Source: Heterodontus francisci (Eukaryota). Taken from it: a stretch of 64,000 bases of DNA. Under the pieces are notes generated by a model, which searched no databases, was not told the origin of the DNA, and worked only from the letters and a program-made list of their open reading frames with translations. Within the stretch, counting starts at the first letter, position 1; each line of letters opens with the position of its first letter. The stretch spans positions 173,910,924 through 173,974,923 of the forward strand of contig NC_090374.1 in assembly GCF_036365525.1 (NCBI RefSeq), in the 5' to 3' direction. Below, in pieces: positions 52,534 through 64,000 of the stretch. The position numbers and the translations under genes are program-made.

Positions 52534-53559
52534 CTGCAAAAACAAATAAAGCGAGAGAAAATAAAAAGTTCACGTCGGAGGCAAAGAACAAATAAAATAT
52601 TACTTTTATGGGTAAACATTATTGGATTTGTTCGTCAGGTTGACCTTTTGGGAGTCCAGCCAACGTTCCCACTGGTGGAGGGGTCGAGATCCAGAGATCA
52701 CGGATTGAAAGTGATTGGCAAAAGAACCAAAGGCGACAGAAGGAAAAACTTTAAAAAAAATGCAGTGAGTGGTTAGGATCTGGAATGCACTGCCTGAGAG
52801 TGTGGTGGAGGTAGAATCAATTGCAGCCTTCAAAAGGGAATTTGATAAGCATTTGAAGAGAAATAATTTGCAGGGTGACAGGGTGGGCGTGCGGAACAAG
52901 CTAGACTGTTCTTGCAGAGAGGCGGCATGAGCTCAACAGGCCAAATGGCCTACTTCTGTGCTGTAACCTTTCTCTGATTCTATGTTGGTACCCATGACAA
53001 ATCAAATAAAATCGACAAACACCAACATAAGCTGTGCCCATTGCAAAATAATTGGCAAATACCAACATAATCTCCATACAGAAACAACAGATGCAGAGAG
53101 GAGGCAGCAGTCACGTTTGTAACGATGCTTTTCAATGTGAATTACAGGAATCCCACCTTTTTTGTTTCTAAAATGACATCAAAACACTTTAAACAGGAGA
53201 TACGACACTGGTACAACAACACTGCAGAGCCTTTCCCCCTTTCAATAGCTTCACAAGTGATATAGAGTAATTGCATTTGTGCACGGACGATCTAAAATTT
53301 ACATTCGCATTTACATCAGAGACCTGCAGATTGCAACCACCTCGTTGCATTTTAAACGCAATGTTTTTGCATTATCCATTTTAACCTGATGCTATTAAAA
53401 AATTGGAGTCTTTTCAATCAAAGCATCTTCGTTTCCCCTTTGGATATTCCCTTTCCTTTATTCTAAACCTCAATGTCTTCCTTTGCCCCACTCTTTCGCT
53501 GTTTAAAAGCCCCACTGGCAGGAGGAGCTTTAAATTGCTCCACTATTGTTTTGACCTTA

Positions 53560-53990
53560 CTTCCCGAGATCGGGCGCTTACTGCGCCCGCGGGGGTGGCG
53601 GAGATGAGGCGCGGCGGCCGCTGCTTCAACTTACATGTTGGGGTTCCTCCTGAAGGCGTTGGCAATGTCTTTGACAACCCTCTGAACCAAAACGTCCACC
53701 TCCTCTTCCGACTCTGCCATCTTCCTCATTCAACTCGCCGGCTGCAACACTTCCGGGGCAAGACAAATATGTCATTTTTTTTAAGGAAAGCACACACAAG
53801 AGAAAAAAAGTTGACACCATTGAACAAACAAACACAACGAAAGGGCAACCGGGCGGCCCAGAGTTTGCTGGTGCAACTCCTCTACCCACCCAATTGCAAC
53901 CCCCTCCCTGGGGAATTCTGCAGTAGGGGTCGGGGGTGGGAAATAAGAAACTCTTTTTAAAAATTGACCCGCCCCCCCCCCCCCCACGCA
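53560..53990 (-). promoter_or_regulatory. PTAR1 CpG-rich promoter/5' end with ETS (CCGGAAGTG, 53748-53756) and a YY1-like AAGATGGC at the start codon
   Basis: Local CpG enrichment around exon 1; motifs read directly from the sequence. Confidence 0.7.
53635..53720 (-). CDS. PTAR1: PTAR1 coding exon 1 (MAESEEEVDVLVQRVVKDIANAFRRNPN-I)
   Basis: ATG at 53720 in aagATGG context; translation matches the recalled PTAR1 N-terminus (MAETSEEVAVLVQRVVKDITNAFRRNPHI); GTAAGT donor; 86 nt, phase 2. Confidence 0.96.
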
Positions 53991-54521
53991 CATATATTAA
54001 GACACTACTTTTTTGGGTAGAAAATAAATCTAGTTTCTAAATTTACTGCTTAACGAAATGCAAAATCCACACAAGTGGAAATTTAGAAGGTGACATAATT
54101 TTAAAATCTTTGATTTTTTTTATATTGTCCACCAAATGGCAGCCCCCCCCCATTACAAATAAGTTACTAGTATAAAGAAATCCATTGCATTTATATAACA
54201 ACTTTAATGTCTTCCATAACATCTTAAAGTGTTTCACAGCCAATTAAGTATTTTAGAAAAATTGCTAACTCTGGCCTGATGCTGGGTGACTGCAATTTGC
54301 CTTTGTGAGAGAGACAACTTAGTTTATAAAGGCTACCTGTAGCGAGTGAAACTGAGTTGTCACAGTGCCACTACCACAACAACTTGGAATTATATAGCAC
54401 CTTTAACAACATAAACAACCCAAGGTTCTTCACAGGAGCATTATCAGACAAAATTTGACATTCAGCCACATAAGACAACACTGGAACAGATGACCAAAAG
54501 CTTGGTTGAAGAAGTAGAGTC

Positions 54522-54833
54522 ATAAAGAGATACAGCACTGAAACAGTCCCTTTGGCCCACCATCAACCACCCATTTAAACTAATCCTATATTCCCTACCA
54601 CATCCCCTCTTACATTAATCCCATATTCCCTACCACCTACCTACACTAGGGGCAATTTACAATGGCCAATTTACCTATCAACCTGCAAGTCTTTGGCAGT
54701 GGGAGGAAACCAGGGTACCAGGTGGAAACCCATGTGGTCACAGGGAGAACTTGCAAACTCCACACAGACAGTACCCAGAACTGAACCTGGGCCGCTGGAG
54801 CTGTGAGGCTGTGGTGCTAACCACTGCGCCACC
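54522..54833 (-). mobile_element. V-SINE (HE1-like) inserted in an L2 tail
   Basis: Aligns with the 57246 copy. Confidence 0.88.
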
Positions 54834-55146
54834 CACAAGTAGGTTTCAAGGAGTGTCTTAAAGGATGAGAAAGAAGCAGAGAGGGTTAGGGAGGGAATTC
54901 TTGGAATGCCCTCTTTGGCATCCCCGATTTTAATCACTACCCTACTCTATTGGCGGCCGTGCCTTCAGCTGCCAGGGCCCTAGGCTCTGAAATTCCCTTC
55001 CTAAAACTCTGCCTCTTCCTCCTCCTTAAAGATGCTCCATTAAGATGCTCCTTAAAACCTACCTCTTTGACCAAGCTTTTGGTCACATGTCCTTTTATCG
55101 CTTCATGTGGCTCATTGTCAAATTTCTTTTTGGTAATGCTCCTGCT

Positions 55147-55833
55147 GAAGGTAAGCATGCAAGTGTGACAGGTGGTAAAAAAGGCAAATGGTATATTGGC
55201 CGTCATAGCGAGAGGATTCGCGTACAGGAGCAGGGATGTCTTGCTGCAATTATACAGGGCCTTGGTGAGGCCACACCTGGAATATTGTGTGCAGTTTTGG
55301 TCTTCTTATCTGAGGAAGGATGTTCTTGCTATAGAGGGAGTGCAGTGAAGATTTACCAGACTTATTCCTGGGTTGGTGGGACTGACGTTTGAGGAGAGAT
55401 TGAGTCGGTTAGGATTATATTCGCTGGAGTTCAGAAGAGTGAGCGGGATCTCATAGAAACCTATAAAATTCTAACAGGACTTGACAGGGTAGATGCAGGA
55501 AGGATGTTCCCGATGGTGGGGGAGTCCAGAACCAGGGGTCATAGTCTAAGGATACGGGGTAAACCTTTCAGGACTGAGATGAGGAGAAATTTCTTCACCC
55601 AGAGAGTGGTGAGCCTGTGGAATTCGTTATCACAGAAAGCAGTTGAGGCCAAAACATTGTATGTTTTCAAGAAGGAGTTAGATATAGCTCTTGGGGCGAG
55701 AGGGATCAAAGGGTATGGGGCGAAAGCGGGAACAGGTAACTGAGTTGGATGATCAGCCATGATCATAATGAATGGTGGAGCAGGCTCAAAGGGCTGAATG
55801 GCCTACTCCTGCTCCTATTTTCTATGTTCTATG
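55147..55833 (+). mobile_element. CR1 LINE 3' fragment
   Basis: [13 protein letters not shown] and RRNFFTQRVV motifs plus tail. Confidence 0.88.
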
Positions 55834-56171
55834 TGACGCATCTTGTGATGTTTTACAACATTAAAGATGCTATACAAATGCAAATTGTTGTATGGTAATA
55901 GCCACTGACTTGTATAGAATCATAGAATGGCTACAGTGCAGAAGGAGGCCATTTGGCCTGTCGAGACCATGCTAGCTCTCTGCAAGACCTACTCCCCTGC
56001 CCTATCCCCATAGCCTGCAAATTATTTTTTTTCAGGTGTTTATCCAATTCCTTTTTGAAAGCTACAATTGAATCTGCTTCCAACACACTCTCAGGCAGTG
56101 CATTCCAGATCCCAACCACTCTCTGTACAAAAAAGCTTTTCCTCAAGTTTGGTTCTTCTGCCAATCACTTT

Positions 56172-56819
56172 GGGCAGAATTTATAGGCCCCAATGGGGGC
56201 AGTCATGGAGAGAGGCAGGCACAGAATTTCTTACTGCCAGTCAGCACGCCAGTTCCCTGGCTCTATCCCGCCCCCGGGCCATTTTCCCAGAGGCAGGATG
56301 GGGGCATAGAACAGCTACCTGCATGCAAGCAGGTCCCTGGAAGCATTGGGGAACAGGGCTGCTGCCTGGAGGTGGACTCCCGGTGGCAGACTTGGGGGGG
56401 TGGGGGTCAGCACTCCAGGCAGGCTTAGATGCCCTTCTTACCTGCCCGGATTCAGCTGCAGCCACAGGCCACCCTGTGGAAGAGTTCCCCCTCCACAATG
56501 GTGGTCTAGTGGAAAAGGGCTTTTTTTGTTTTAAAGTTAAAAAGGTTGGAGAGAGGGCACTTGAAAATGGTGGCGCCCCCCCCCCTCTCTCTTACCTCGA
56601 AAGGCATCCTGCTATTCCTTCAGGGCTGGAGGGTCTCCTATTGATCCTCCAGCTTAAAGAGACCACCCGCCATCCTTAATTGGACAACAAGTCCATCATC
56701 TGGTCACTAATTGGCCAATTCGGGGAAATCACAGGTGAGTGACTGTTCCCCACCGTGGGGCTTTTACCTCCATTTAAACCTGACGGTGGGGTCCTGAAGC
56801 TCACAGGAAATTCCTGTCC
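56172..56819. mobile_element. GC-rich MITE-like element, 3-bp TSD TTT
   Basis: Imperfect TIRs GGGCAGAATTT / AAATTCCTGTCC. Confidence 0.6.
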
Positions 56820-57245
56820 TTTAAGTCTGTATTCAACATTAGATAGGGGAGGGTCGTATTAAGGCACAATACATGGATGTTCTCGGCCTTGTCACAGTTG
56901 ATGGCCTGGGACTCAGTGCTGAACCAACCAGCAAGATTGAATAAACAGCAAGTCAATGTTGTTTACCTCTGGGTTATAGGCATAAGGTGAAGGCTTATAC
57001 CCCAAGTCAAGATCCCTTAACCCTCAGAGTCACCCACATACGAGTCTTCCCTTCCCAGCATACATGCCCCTCATAAGCAAAAACCTGTAAGCTATCCACA
57101 TTTAAATTCCCACTAGTATCGACAGCCCTGCTGGTTTAGGAAAGGCCTCGAAATTGAAAAATATAGCAGGTACTCTCCAATCCCCTCAAAGTCAGTCCTC
57201 ACACACAGGCACATAAATTGAGACCAGCCCAACCATATCCTACCC

Positions 57246-57603
57246 TGCACAGTGGCGCAGTGGTTAGCACCGCAGCCTCACAGCTCCAGGGACCTGGGTT
57301 CGATTCCGGGTACTGCCTGTGTGGAGTTTGCAAGTTCTCCCTGTGTCTGCGTGGGTTTTCTCCGGGTGCTCCGGTTTCCTCCCACAAGCCAAAAGACTTG
57401 CAGGTTGATAGGTAAATTGGCCATTATAAATTGTCACTAGTATAGGTAGGTGGTAGGGAAATATAGGGACAGGTGGGGATGTTTGGTAGGAATATGGGAT
57501 TAGTGTAGGATTAGTATAGGTGGGTGGTTGATGTTCGGCACGGACTCGGTGGGCCGAAGGGCCTGTTTCAGTGCTGTATCTCTAATCTAATCTAATCTAA
57601 TCA
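57246..57603 (+). mobile_element. tRNA-derived V-SINE (HE1-like)
   Basis: A box TGGCGCAGTGG, B box GGTTCGATTCC, V-domain core, CR1-type tail, (TCTAA)n end. Confidence 0.9.
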
Positions 57604-58279
57604 TCCCAGTGACATGCCAGTGAGTCCATAACGCAACAGGAATTTAGTTACCAGGCTGAAAAAGTAGAAGGCAGGGGGTGACCTGATAGAGGTGTTAAAA
57701 TTATGAGTTCAATAGGTTCGAGAAGATGTTCCCACTTTTGGGGGAGTCCAAAACTTGAGGCCATAAATACAAGATAGTCTCTAATAAATCAATAGAGAAT
57801 TCAGGAGAACCTTCTTTACCCAAACAGTAGTGAGAAGGTGGAACTTGCTCCCACATGGAGTAGTTGAAGCGAATAGCACAGATGTATTTAAGGGGGCATC
57901 AGAATAGGGGGGGGGGGGCCATTCAGCCTCTCAAGCCTGTTCCAATTCAATGAGATCATGGCAGATCTGTATCTTAAATTGCTTTATTATAGTTTTAAGA
58001 CATTTAATATTAAAAAAGATGGATTTTTACTGTGGGAAAACTTTACTTTTCTACAAATGGAGGTACCCACCTTTGTGCTCATTTTATGAGAAAATTGTAA
58101 TTTTAAAAAGTAACTATATTTGTTGTTTTATGCAAATAAAACACTTCTTATTGCTTTCAGACGTTTGATTATATTACTATGATAAACCTTAACTATTGTT
58201 TTTCTACAAACAGTGAAGTCAGAGCTTTATTTATATATAAAATGTTAATTTGTGTAACTTGCAGCCAACTTTCCAATTT

Positions 58280-58560
58280 TGGGGAAATAATCCGTCAGCG
58301 GAGGGATTCCGTTTATAGAGAGCCAGTGTGCACCGCCCCAAGCGTCCATAGCAACGGATTTAAAGTAAATGCAATGTGCGCAGGGTTTTGTTATTTTAAC
58401 ACAAGGCAACCTTTGTTTCAGTCACATGTGTTGCTTGTGATTAAACCCAGCCGTCGCCGTCGGAAGTGCAATGTAAAGTCGGTGCTACTTTCCAGGGCGG
58501 GCTGGTTCCTCACTTGACCCGAAGCAACGCGGCTCCTTAAAAGGGAAAGCGAGCCAGAAA
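58280..58560 (+). promoter_or_regulatory. Candidate CFAP95 promoter/enhancer: RFX X-box-like GCGTCCATAGCAAC (58342-58355), ETS-like CGGAAGT (58461-58467)
   Basis: Small CpG-rich non-repeat island upstream of a ciliary gene; the X-box right half CCATAGCAAC is a perfect match. Confidence 0.55.
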
Positions 58561-59800
58561 CAACTAAGATAGGAGACAATTGAGAGAGAGAAATAGGAGA
58601 CAACCGAGAGAGAAACAATTGAGAGAGAGAACTGAGAGATAGGAGACAACTGAAAGAAATAGATAAGAGACAACTGAGAGAGAGAGACAGGACACAACTG
58701 AAAGAGATGAGAGACAACTGAGAGAGAGATATGAGATAACTGAGAGAGAAATAGGGCACAACTGAGAGAGATAAAAGACAACTGAGAGAGACGTGTGGGG
58801 GACAACCAAGCGAGTGGGATAGACATCAAACAGAGATAGAACTTAAAGAGATAGACAACTGGGAGAGAGATAAGAGGTAACTGAATGTTAGGAGACAACT
58901 GGGGGAGAGATAGACAACTGAAAGAGATAAGAGAGAACTGAGAGAGATAGAAGACAACTGAGCGATAGAGACCAAGCAAAATTGGAGAGCTACAGATAAT
59001 ACACAGAGGGTGAGAGAAGGAGGCATAGAGATAGAGACAACTGACAGGAGGAGAGAAGGAGGGGATAGAACTATGACTGAGATGTAGAAGGAGAAATAGA
59101 GATGACTGACAGAGATAATGATAGGGACAATTGACAGAGGGTGATAAAAAGGAGAGGTAGCAATAAGTAATAGACAGATAAAAGGATAGGAAGCGGTACC
59201 TTTCAGAAAGAGATAAAAAGTGAGTTGGAGCCATCTATCAGAGGGAGATAACAGGAGATAGATAGAAAAAGGCAACAGCTAGATACAACAACTGAGGGAG
59301 ATAGCTTCAGAGAAAGAGGTAGCCAACATAAAGTCAACTAAAAGAAAGTAAGGACAGCCAAAAACAGAAAGCGACTCTAACACAAATGAACTGAGAGATG
59401 TTAACTGAATGAGAGTGAGAGACAGAGAGAAGGCAAAATATAACAACAGACAGGAAAGCAAGGGCAACAGATTATATTGACAGCCAGAGTGGTAAAGATA
59501 CCCAACAGAGTAAGGAGAGAGGGAAAGGTAGCTAACATATTAGGCAGAGGAGGCACCTAATACAAAAAACCAGAACAAGAGCAAAGGGCAAGAAGAAGAG
59601 AGAGAGAAATAAGAGATATAGACAATTAAGAGAGAGAGAAGAGAGACCAAAAAGCAAAAATAGGGGAGACTGAGACAACTGTGAAAGAGATAGGAGACAG
59701 CTAAGAGGAGAGAGATAGGAGAGGCCAAAAACTGAGAGAGGGATAGGAGAGACTGTGACAGAGTTGAGAAAGGGGACATTTAGATAAAGGGGAAGGAATT
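58560..59800 (+). repeat. Purine-rich degenerate tandem array, ~19-21 bp unit GAGACAACTGAGAGAGATA
   Basis: Repeated units are clear at 58560-58970 and decay into GA-rich sequence. Confidence 0.85.
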
Positions 59801-59959
59801 ATTGAGATAGGCAAATTACAGTGAGAGTGAGGTGAGGCAGAGAGGTGCAGGACAATAAAATAGTAGATCAGTGGATAGCATTTGATGTGAGTGAAGTGGA
59901 CTGATAAAAGATAGTAAAGCAGACCAGTGTGGACAAACAGTTGGAAAAGTTGGAGGAAG

Positions 59960-60054
59960 ATGGATTTTGAAATTAATTATCCAGATCGTAAAGGTTCTCT
60001 TAGTCTCCGCTCAACTCATAAGACGTACGGCAGGCCTGTGTTGGTCTGCAACTG
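59960..60054 (+). CDS. CFAP95: CFAP95 (C9orf135) first coding exon MDFEINYPDRKGSLSLRSTHKTYGRPVLVCN-W; no further exon seen, gene presumably continues beyond the window
   Basis: aagATGG start with an in-frame upstream TAA; matches recalled human CFAP95 [32 protein letters not shown] donor; divergent from PTAR1 as in the human locus. Confidence 0.85.
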
Positions 60055-60120
60055 GTGAGAGATCAATACCGAGATAAGTTTTATTAAACTGAAAATAGCT
60101 TTTTTCTATGTAAAAACTCT

Positions 60121-60867
60121 AGCCAGAATTTTACGCCACCCCAACAAGCCGGTTGGTAGCGGGGGTGGGGGGGTGGCATAAAATGGAGTGGGAGGCTCCA
60201 AGAGGCTTTCCCGATCCACTCCCGCCTCTGCCCCCTTATGTTGGGGAGGTGGGTGCGGTGTGGTGAAAAACAGCCCGCCCGCCCTGGGCCAATCAGACCC
60301 TTAAGTGGCCACTTAACGGCCACTTCAGGGCCTTCACCCACCTCCATGCGGATTTTACACATGGCAAGCGGGCGTCCTGGATTCAAGAAAAGCTGCCTGT
60401 GAAAACCAGGCAGCTGTGATCATCCTGTGGGGGTGGCCCTGCTCACCGGGCGCAGGGTACCCGATGGAGGGCCGCCTCCGCTACCCCAACTGTCCCCAGC
60501 ACCCAACACGCCCCCCTTCCCCACAACCGACGATCCTTGCCTCGCCGGGGCCCAACCAATTAACCCGGCAAGGCAACCAAAACCTGCCAGTCTTCCTGGC
60601 GCCATGTCTTCGGCTAGGCTGCAGTCCCAGCAGTGGCCACCGCTCCCGGTGGCGCTGCTGGGACTAAGAGCTGCCGGCCCGTTGATTGGTCGGTAGCTAA
60701 ATGAGGCGGGATTTCCTCCCTCAAGCGAGTGGAAGCCCCGTCTCGGAACAATTAAAGCCTGGGGACCCGTAAAATGCGGGTCGGATTCCCGGGCGAGGCA
60801 GAAGCGGGTTCACCACTGACTTTTCAGTCGGTCGCGGCTCCTGTCCGCTCAACGTGAAATCCCAGCC
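60121..60867. mobile_element. CpG-rich MITE-like element, TSD TCT (or TCTA)
   Basis: Imperfect TIRs AGCCAGAATTTTACG / CGTGAAATCCCAGCC. Confidence 0.65.
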
Positions 60868-61064
60868 TCTATTAACCTCAATAGCAATTTCTTGCTAAAT
60901 CAGCATTGAGTGTTCTGGGATGTTGTAGCTCTTTTCCCTCCGTCAATGCTTACAGTGATCCCAGGGGCAAGAGGAGAGGCAAGCTGTATTTATAAATGAA
61001 GACATTAAAGGTTTGGAGAAGAAAGAGAAAGAGGGTGATGGAGAAAAGGCTGGGTGCTTTTTTT

Positions 61065-62368
61065 ATATATTCATTCATGGGAAGTGAGCGTTGCTGGCTA
61101 GGCCAACATTTATTGCCTATCCCTAATTGCCGAGTAGATGGTGGTGAGCTGCCTTCTTGAACTGCTGCAGTCCATGTGGGGTAGGTAAAGCCACAGTGCT
61201 GTTAGGAAGCGAGTTCCAGGATTTTGACCCAGCAACAGTGAAGGAACGGCGATATAGTTCCAAGTTGGGATGGTGTGTGGCTTGGAGGGAAACTTGCAGG
61301 TGATGGTGTTCCCATGCATCTGCCGCCCTTGTCCTTCCAGGTGGTAGAGGTCGCGGGTTTGGAAGGTGCTGTCAAAGGAGCCTTGGTACGTCGCTGCAGT
61401 GCATCTTGTAGATGGTACACACTGCTGCCACTGTGCGTCGGTGGTGGAGGGAATGTTTGTGGATAGGGTGCCAATCAAATGGGCTGCTTTGCCCTGCATG
61501 GTGTCGAACTTCTTGAATGTTGTTGGAGCTGCATCCATCCAGGCAAATGGAGAGTATTCCATCACACTCCTGGACTGGCTTTGGGGAATCAGAAGGTGAG
61601 TTACTCGCCTCAGGATTCCTAGCCTCTGACCTGCTCTTGTAGCCACGGTATTTATATGGCTGGTCCAGATCACTTTCTCGTCAATGGAAACCCCCAGGAT
61701 GTTGATAGTGGGGGATTCAGCGATGGTAATGCCGTTGAATGTCAAGGGGAGATGGTTAGATTCTCTCTTGTTGGAGATGTCCATTGTCTGAAACATGTGT
61801 GGCGCGAATGTTACTTGCCACTTATCAGCCCAAGCCTGGATATTCTCCCAGTCTTGCTGCATTTCTACACGGACTGCTTCAGTATCTGAGGAGTCGCGAA
61901 CGGTGCTGATCATTGTGCAATCATCAGCGAACATCCCCACTTATGACCTTATGATGGAAGGAGGGTCATTGATAAAGCAGCTGAAGATGGTTGGGCCTAG
62001 GACACTACTCTGAGGAACTCCTGCAGTGATGTCCTGGAGCTCAGATGATTGACCTCCAACAACCACAACCATCTTCCTTTGCGCTAGGTATGACTCCAAC
62101 CAGCGGAGGGTTTTCTCCCTGATTCCCATTGACTCCAGTTTTGCTAGGGCTCCTTGATGCCATACTTGGTCAAATGCTGCCTTGATGTCAAGGGCAGTCA
62201 CTCTCACCTCACCTCTGGAGTTCAGCTCTTTTGTCCATGTTTGAACCAAGGCTGTAATGAGGTCAGAGCTGAATTGCCCTGGCAGAACCCAAACTGAGTG
62301 TCAGTGAGAAAGTTGTTGCTGAGCAAGTGCCGCTTGATAGCACTGTTGACAACACCTTCCATTACTGT
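61065..62368 (-). mobile_element. CR1-clade LINE fragment, same family as 11190-12860
   Basis: ALDIKAAFD, GVPQSSVLGP, MFADD, WADKWQVTF. Confidence 0.9.
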
Positions 62369-62874
62369 TAACGTTGCTTGTCTGTAACCAGAGTTTCTGT
62401 TTATTGGGCCATAATTTTCTGTCAAAGTAATGGTGAGGCTAATGCTCAAATGCCACAGAAACGTTAGGTGAAACTAGCCATGCAATTTGCATGGTTCCAC
62501 TGTTAGCTTTGCGAAAATGGCATCTCGTTGTCTGCCTCAGCATTAACTTGGATTGAATGGCGGGAAGTTGCTATAATTGTACACTAGATGCGAGTGAATG
62601 GCAGAGCAGGCTCAAAGGGCCAAATGGCCTACTCCTGTTTCTTATGTTCTTAGGAATAAAGAGATGGCAATCAAGGGGTTCAAAGAGAGAGGGTAGATAG
62701 TTTACCTTGGCTGCTCTGGTGAGGTTGTTCAGCTTTTTCCTGCAGTTTCCTGGGCCTCTTTGCCATAGCCACCTCTCTCCACAAAATGCATCTCACGTTC
62801 TTGGCAGTCTTCAGTGCCCAATCACAAAGAGAATGTCCCACCTTCTCTTGCACTGTTAAAAGTGGGGAAGAAAG

Positions 62875-63280
62875 ACTTGTATTTATATAGCACCTTTCAT
62901 AACCTCAGGACATCCCAAAGCATTTTACAAGCAATGCAATACTCTTGAAGGGTAGTCACTGTTGTAATGTGGGAAATACAGCAGCCAATTTGCACAAAGC
63001 AAGATCCTACAAACAGCAATGGGATAATGACCAGATAATCTTTTTAGATGTTGGTTGAAGGATGAATATTGGTTCACGAGAACTCTTCTGTTCCTTATTG
63101 AAATAGTACCATGGGACATTTCAGGTCTAACAGATAGTTTATAGTCTTATCTGAAAGGTGATGCTCCCTCATTACTGCATTGACAGGGCCAGCCCAAATT
63201 TTGTTCTCAAATCTCTGGAGTTGGACTCAAACCCACAACCTTCCGACTCAGAGGTGAATGTTCTACCACTGAACCACAGG
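62875..63280 (-). mobile_element. Deu-domain SINE, degraded
   Basis: Homologous to 50115-50545. Confidence 0.7.
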
Positions 63281-64000
63281 ACAGGTCTGGCTCCCTGAGG
63301 TTTGCTGTGCTTTTCTTCAATGTGACTGCTATCTTTCTGGCCCAGGTTAACCACTTGCTCCAGTGCTGACACTGTTGGCCCTTTGATCAGTTGATGTTTG
63401 ACCCCAGTGCTGCATCTCAGCTGCTGCTCACTGCACCCTCTGCTGCCCCTGTTCAGGGCTTGTGGTCGTGTGCTTTTCGAAACTGTGTAAACCTAACCAT
63501 ACTGTGATTCGGTATCCACCCTGATAAAACCTGTCTTTTAAATAAACACCATGAGTCATAGAATCAGACAGCAAAGAAGGAGGCCATTCAGCCCATCATG
63601 TATGTCTGTGCTGACTTTCAGAAATAACTATTCAATTCGTCCCACCCCACCCCCACCCCCGTCTTTCCCCACTGCCCTGCAATTTTTTTTCCCTTCAAGT
63701 ATTTGTCCAATTCTCTTTTGACAGCTATTATTGAAATTGCTTCCACTGCCCTTTCAGGCAGCACATTCTAGATCATAACAACTTGCTGTGCAAAAAAAAA
63801 TTCTCATCTGACCCCTGGGTTTCTTGGCAATTACCTTAAATCTGTGTCCTCTGGTTACTGACCCCCCCCCCTGCCACTGGAAACAGTTTTTCCTTATTTA
63901 CTCTATCACAAACCTTCATGATTTTTAACACCTCTATTAGATCTCCCCTTAACCTTCCCTGATCTAAGGAGAACAATCCCAGCTTCTCCAATCATTCCAC

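Noticed and set aside
53403-53993. ORFs of 185, 121 and 70 aa over the PTAR1 5' end
   Set aside because: Antisense or off-frame products of GC-rich promoter DNA; the real exon is 53635-53720
57246-57320. tRNA gene
   Set aside because: The A/B boxes belong to a SINE head that continues into the V-domain and LINE tail
58418-59779. Leu/Ser-rich minus-strand ORFs resembling membrane proteins
   Set aside because: Translations of a CT-rich low-complexity repeat
60122-60867. CpG island as a host gene promoter, and its ORFs
   Set aside because: Bounded by TIR-like ends and a TSD; better explained as a young MITE

Overview
Vertebrate genomic DNA, very likely from a cartilaginous fish (shark), judged from the repeats: HE1/V-SINEs, SacSINE1-like Deu-SINEs, CR1, L2, Penelope, RTE and Tx1 LINEs. 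The main gene is a complete 7-coding-exon PTAR1 on the minus strand (53720->32842, 1302 nt, 433 aa, all introns GT-AG with matching phases). Divergent from it is a 95-nt first coding exon of CFAP95/C9orf135 (+, 59960-60054) that the ORF track misses, preceded by an RFX X-box/ETS promoter-like segment and a purine-rich YAACTG array. A CpG island at about 15.3 kb with a minus-strand splice donor is probably a non-coding first exon of the next gene (APBA1 by synteny; inference only) and abuts a 37-bp minisatellite. The rest is mostly transposon debris. I see no clear-cut new biological system. The best leads are hammerhead-ribozyme-like Penelope stubs (one a 137-bp unit with a 13-bp TSD), an unexplained ~500-bp composite repeat on both sides of the last PTAR1 exon, serial Tx1 insertions at one nick site, and candidate regulatory repeat arrays at two promoters. 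Homology calls come from recalled sequences, not database searches; repeat boundaries are approximate unless a TSD is given.
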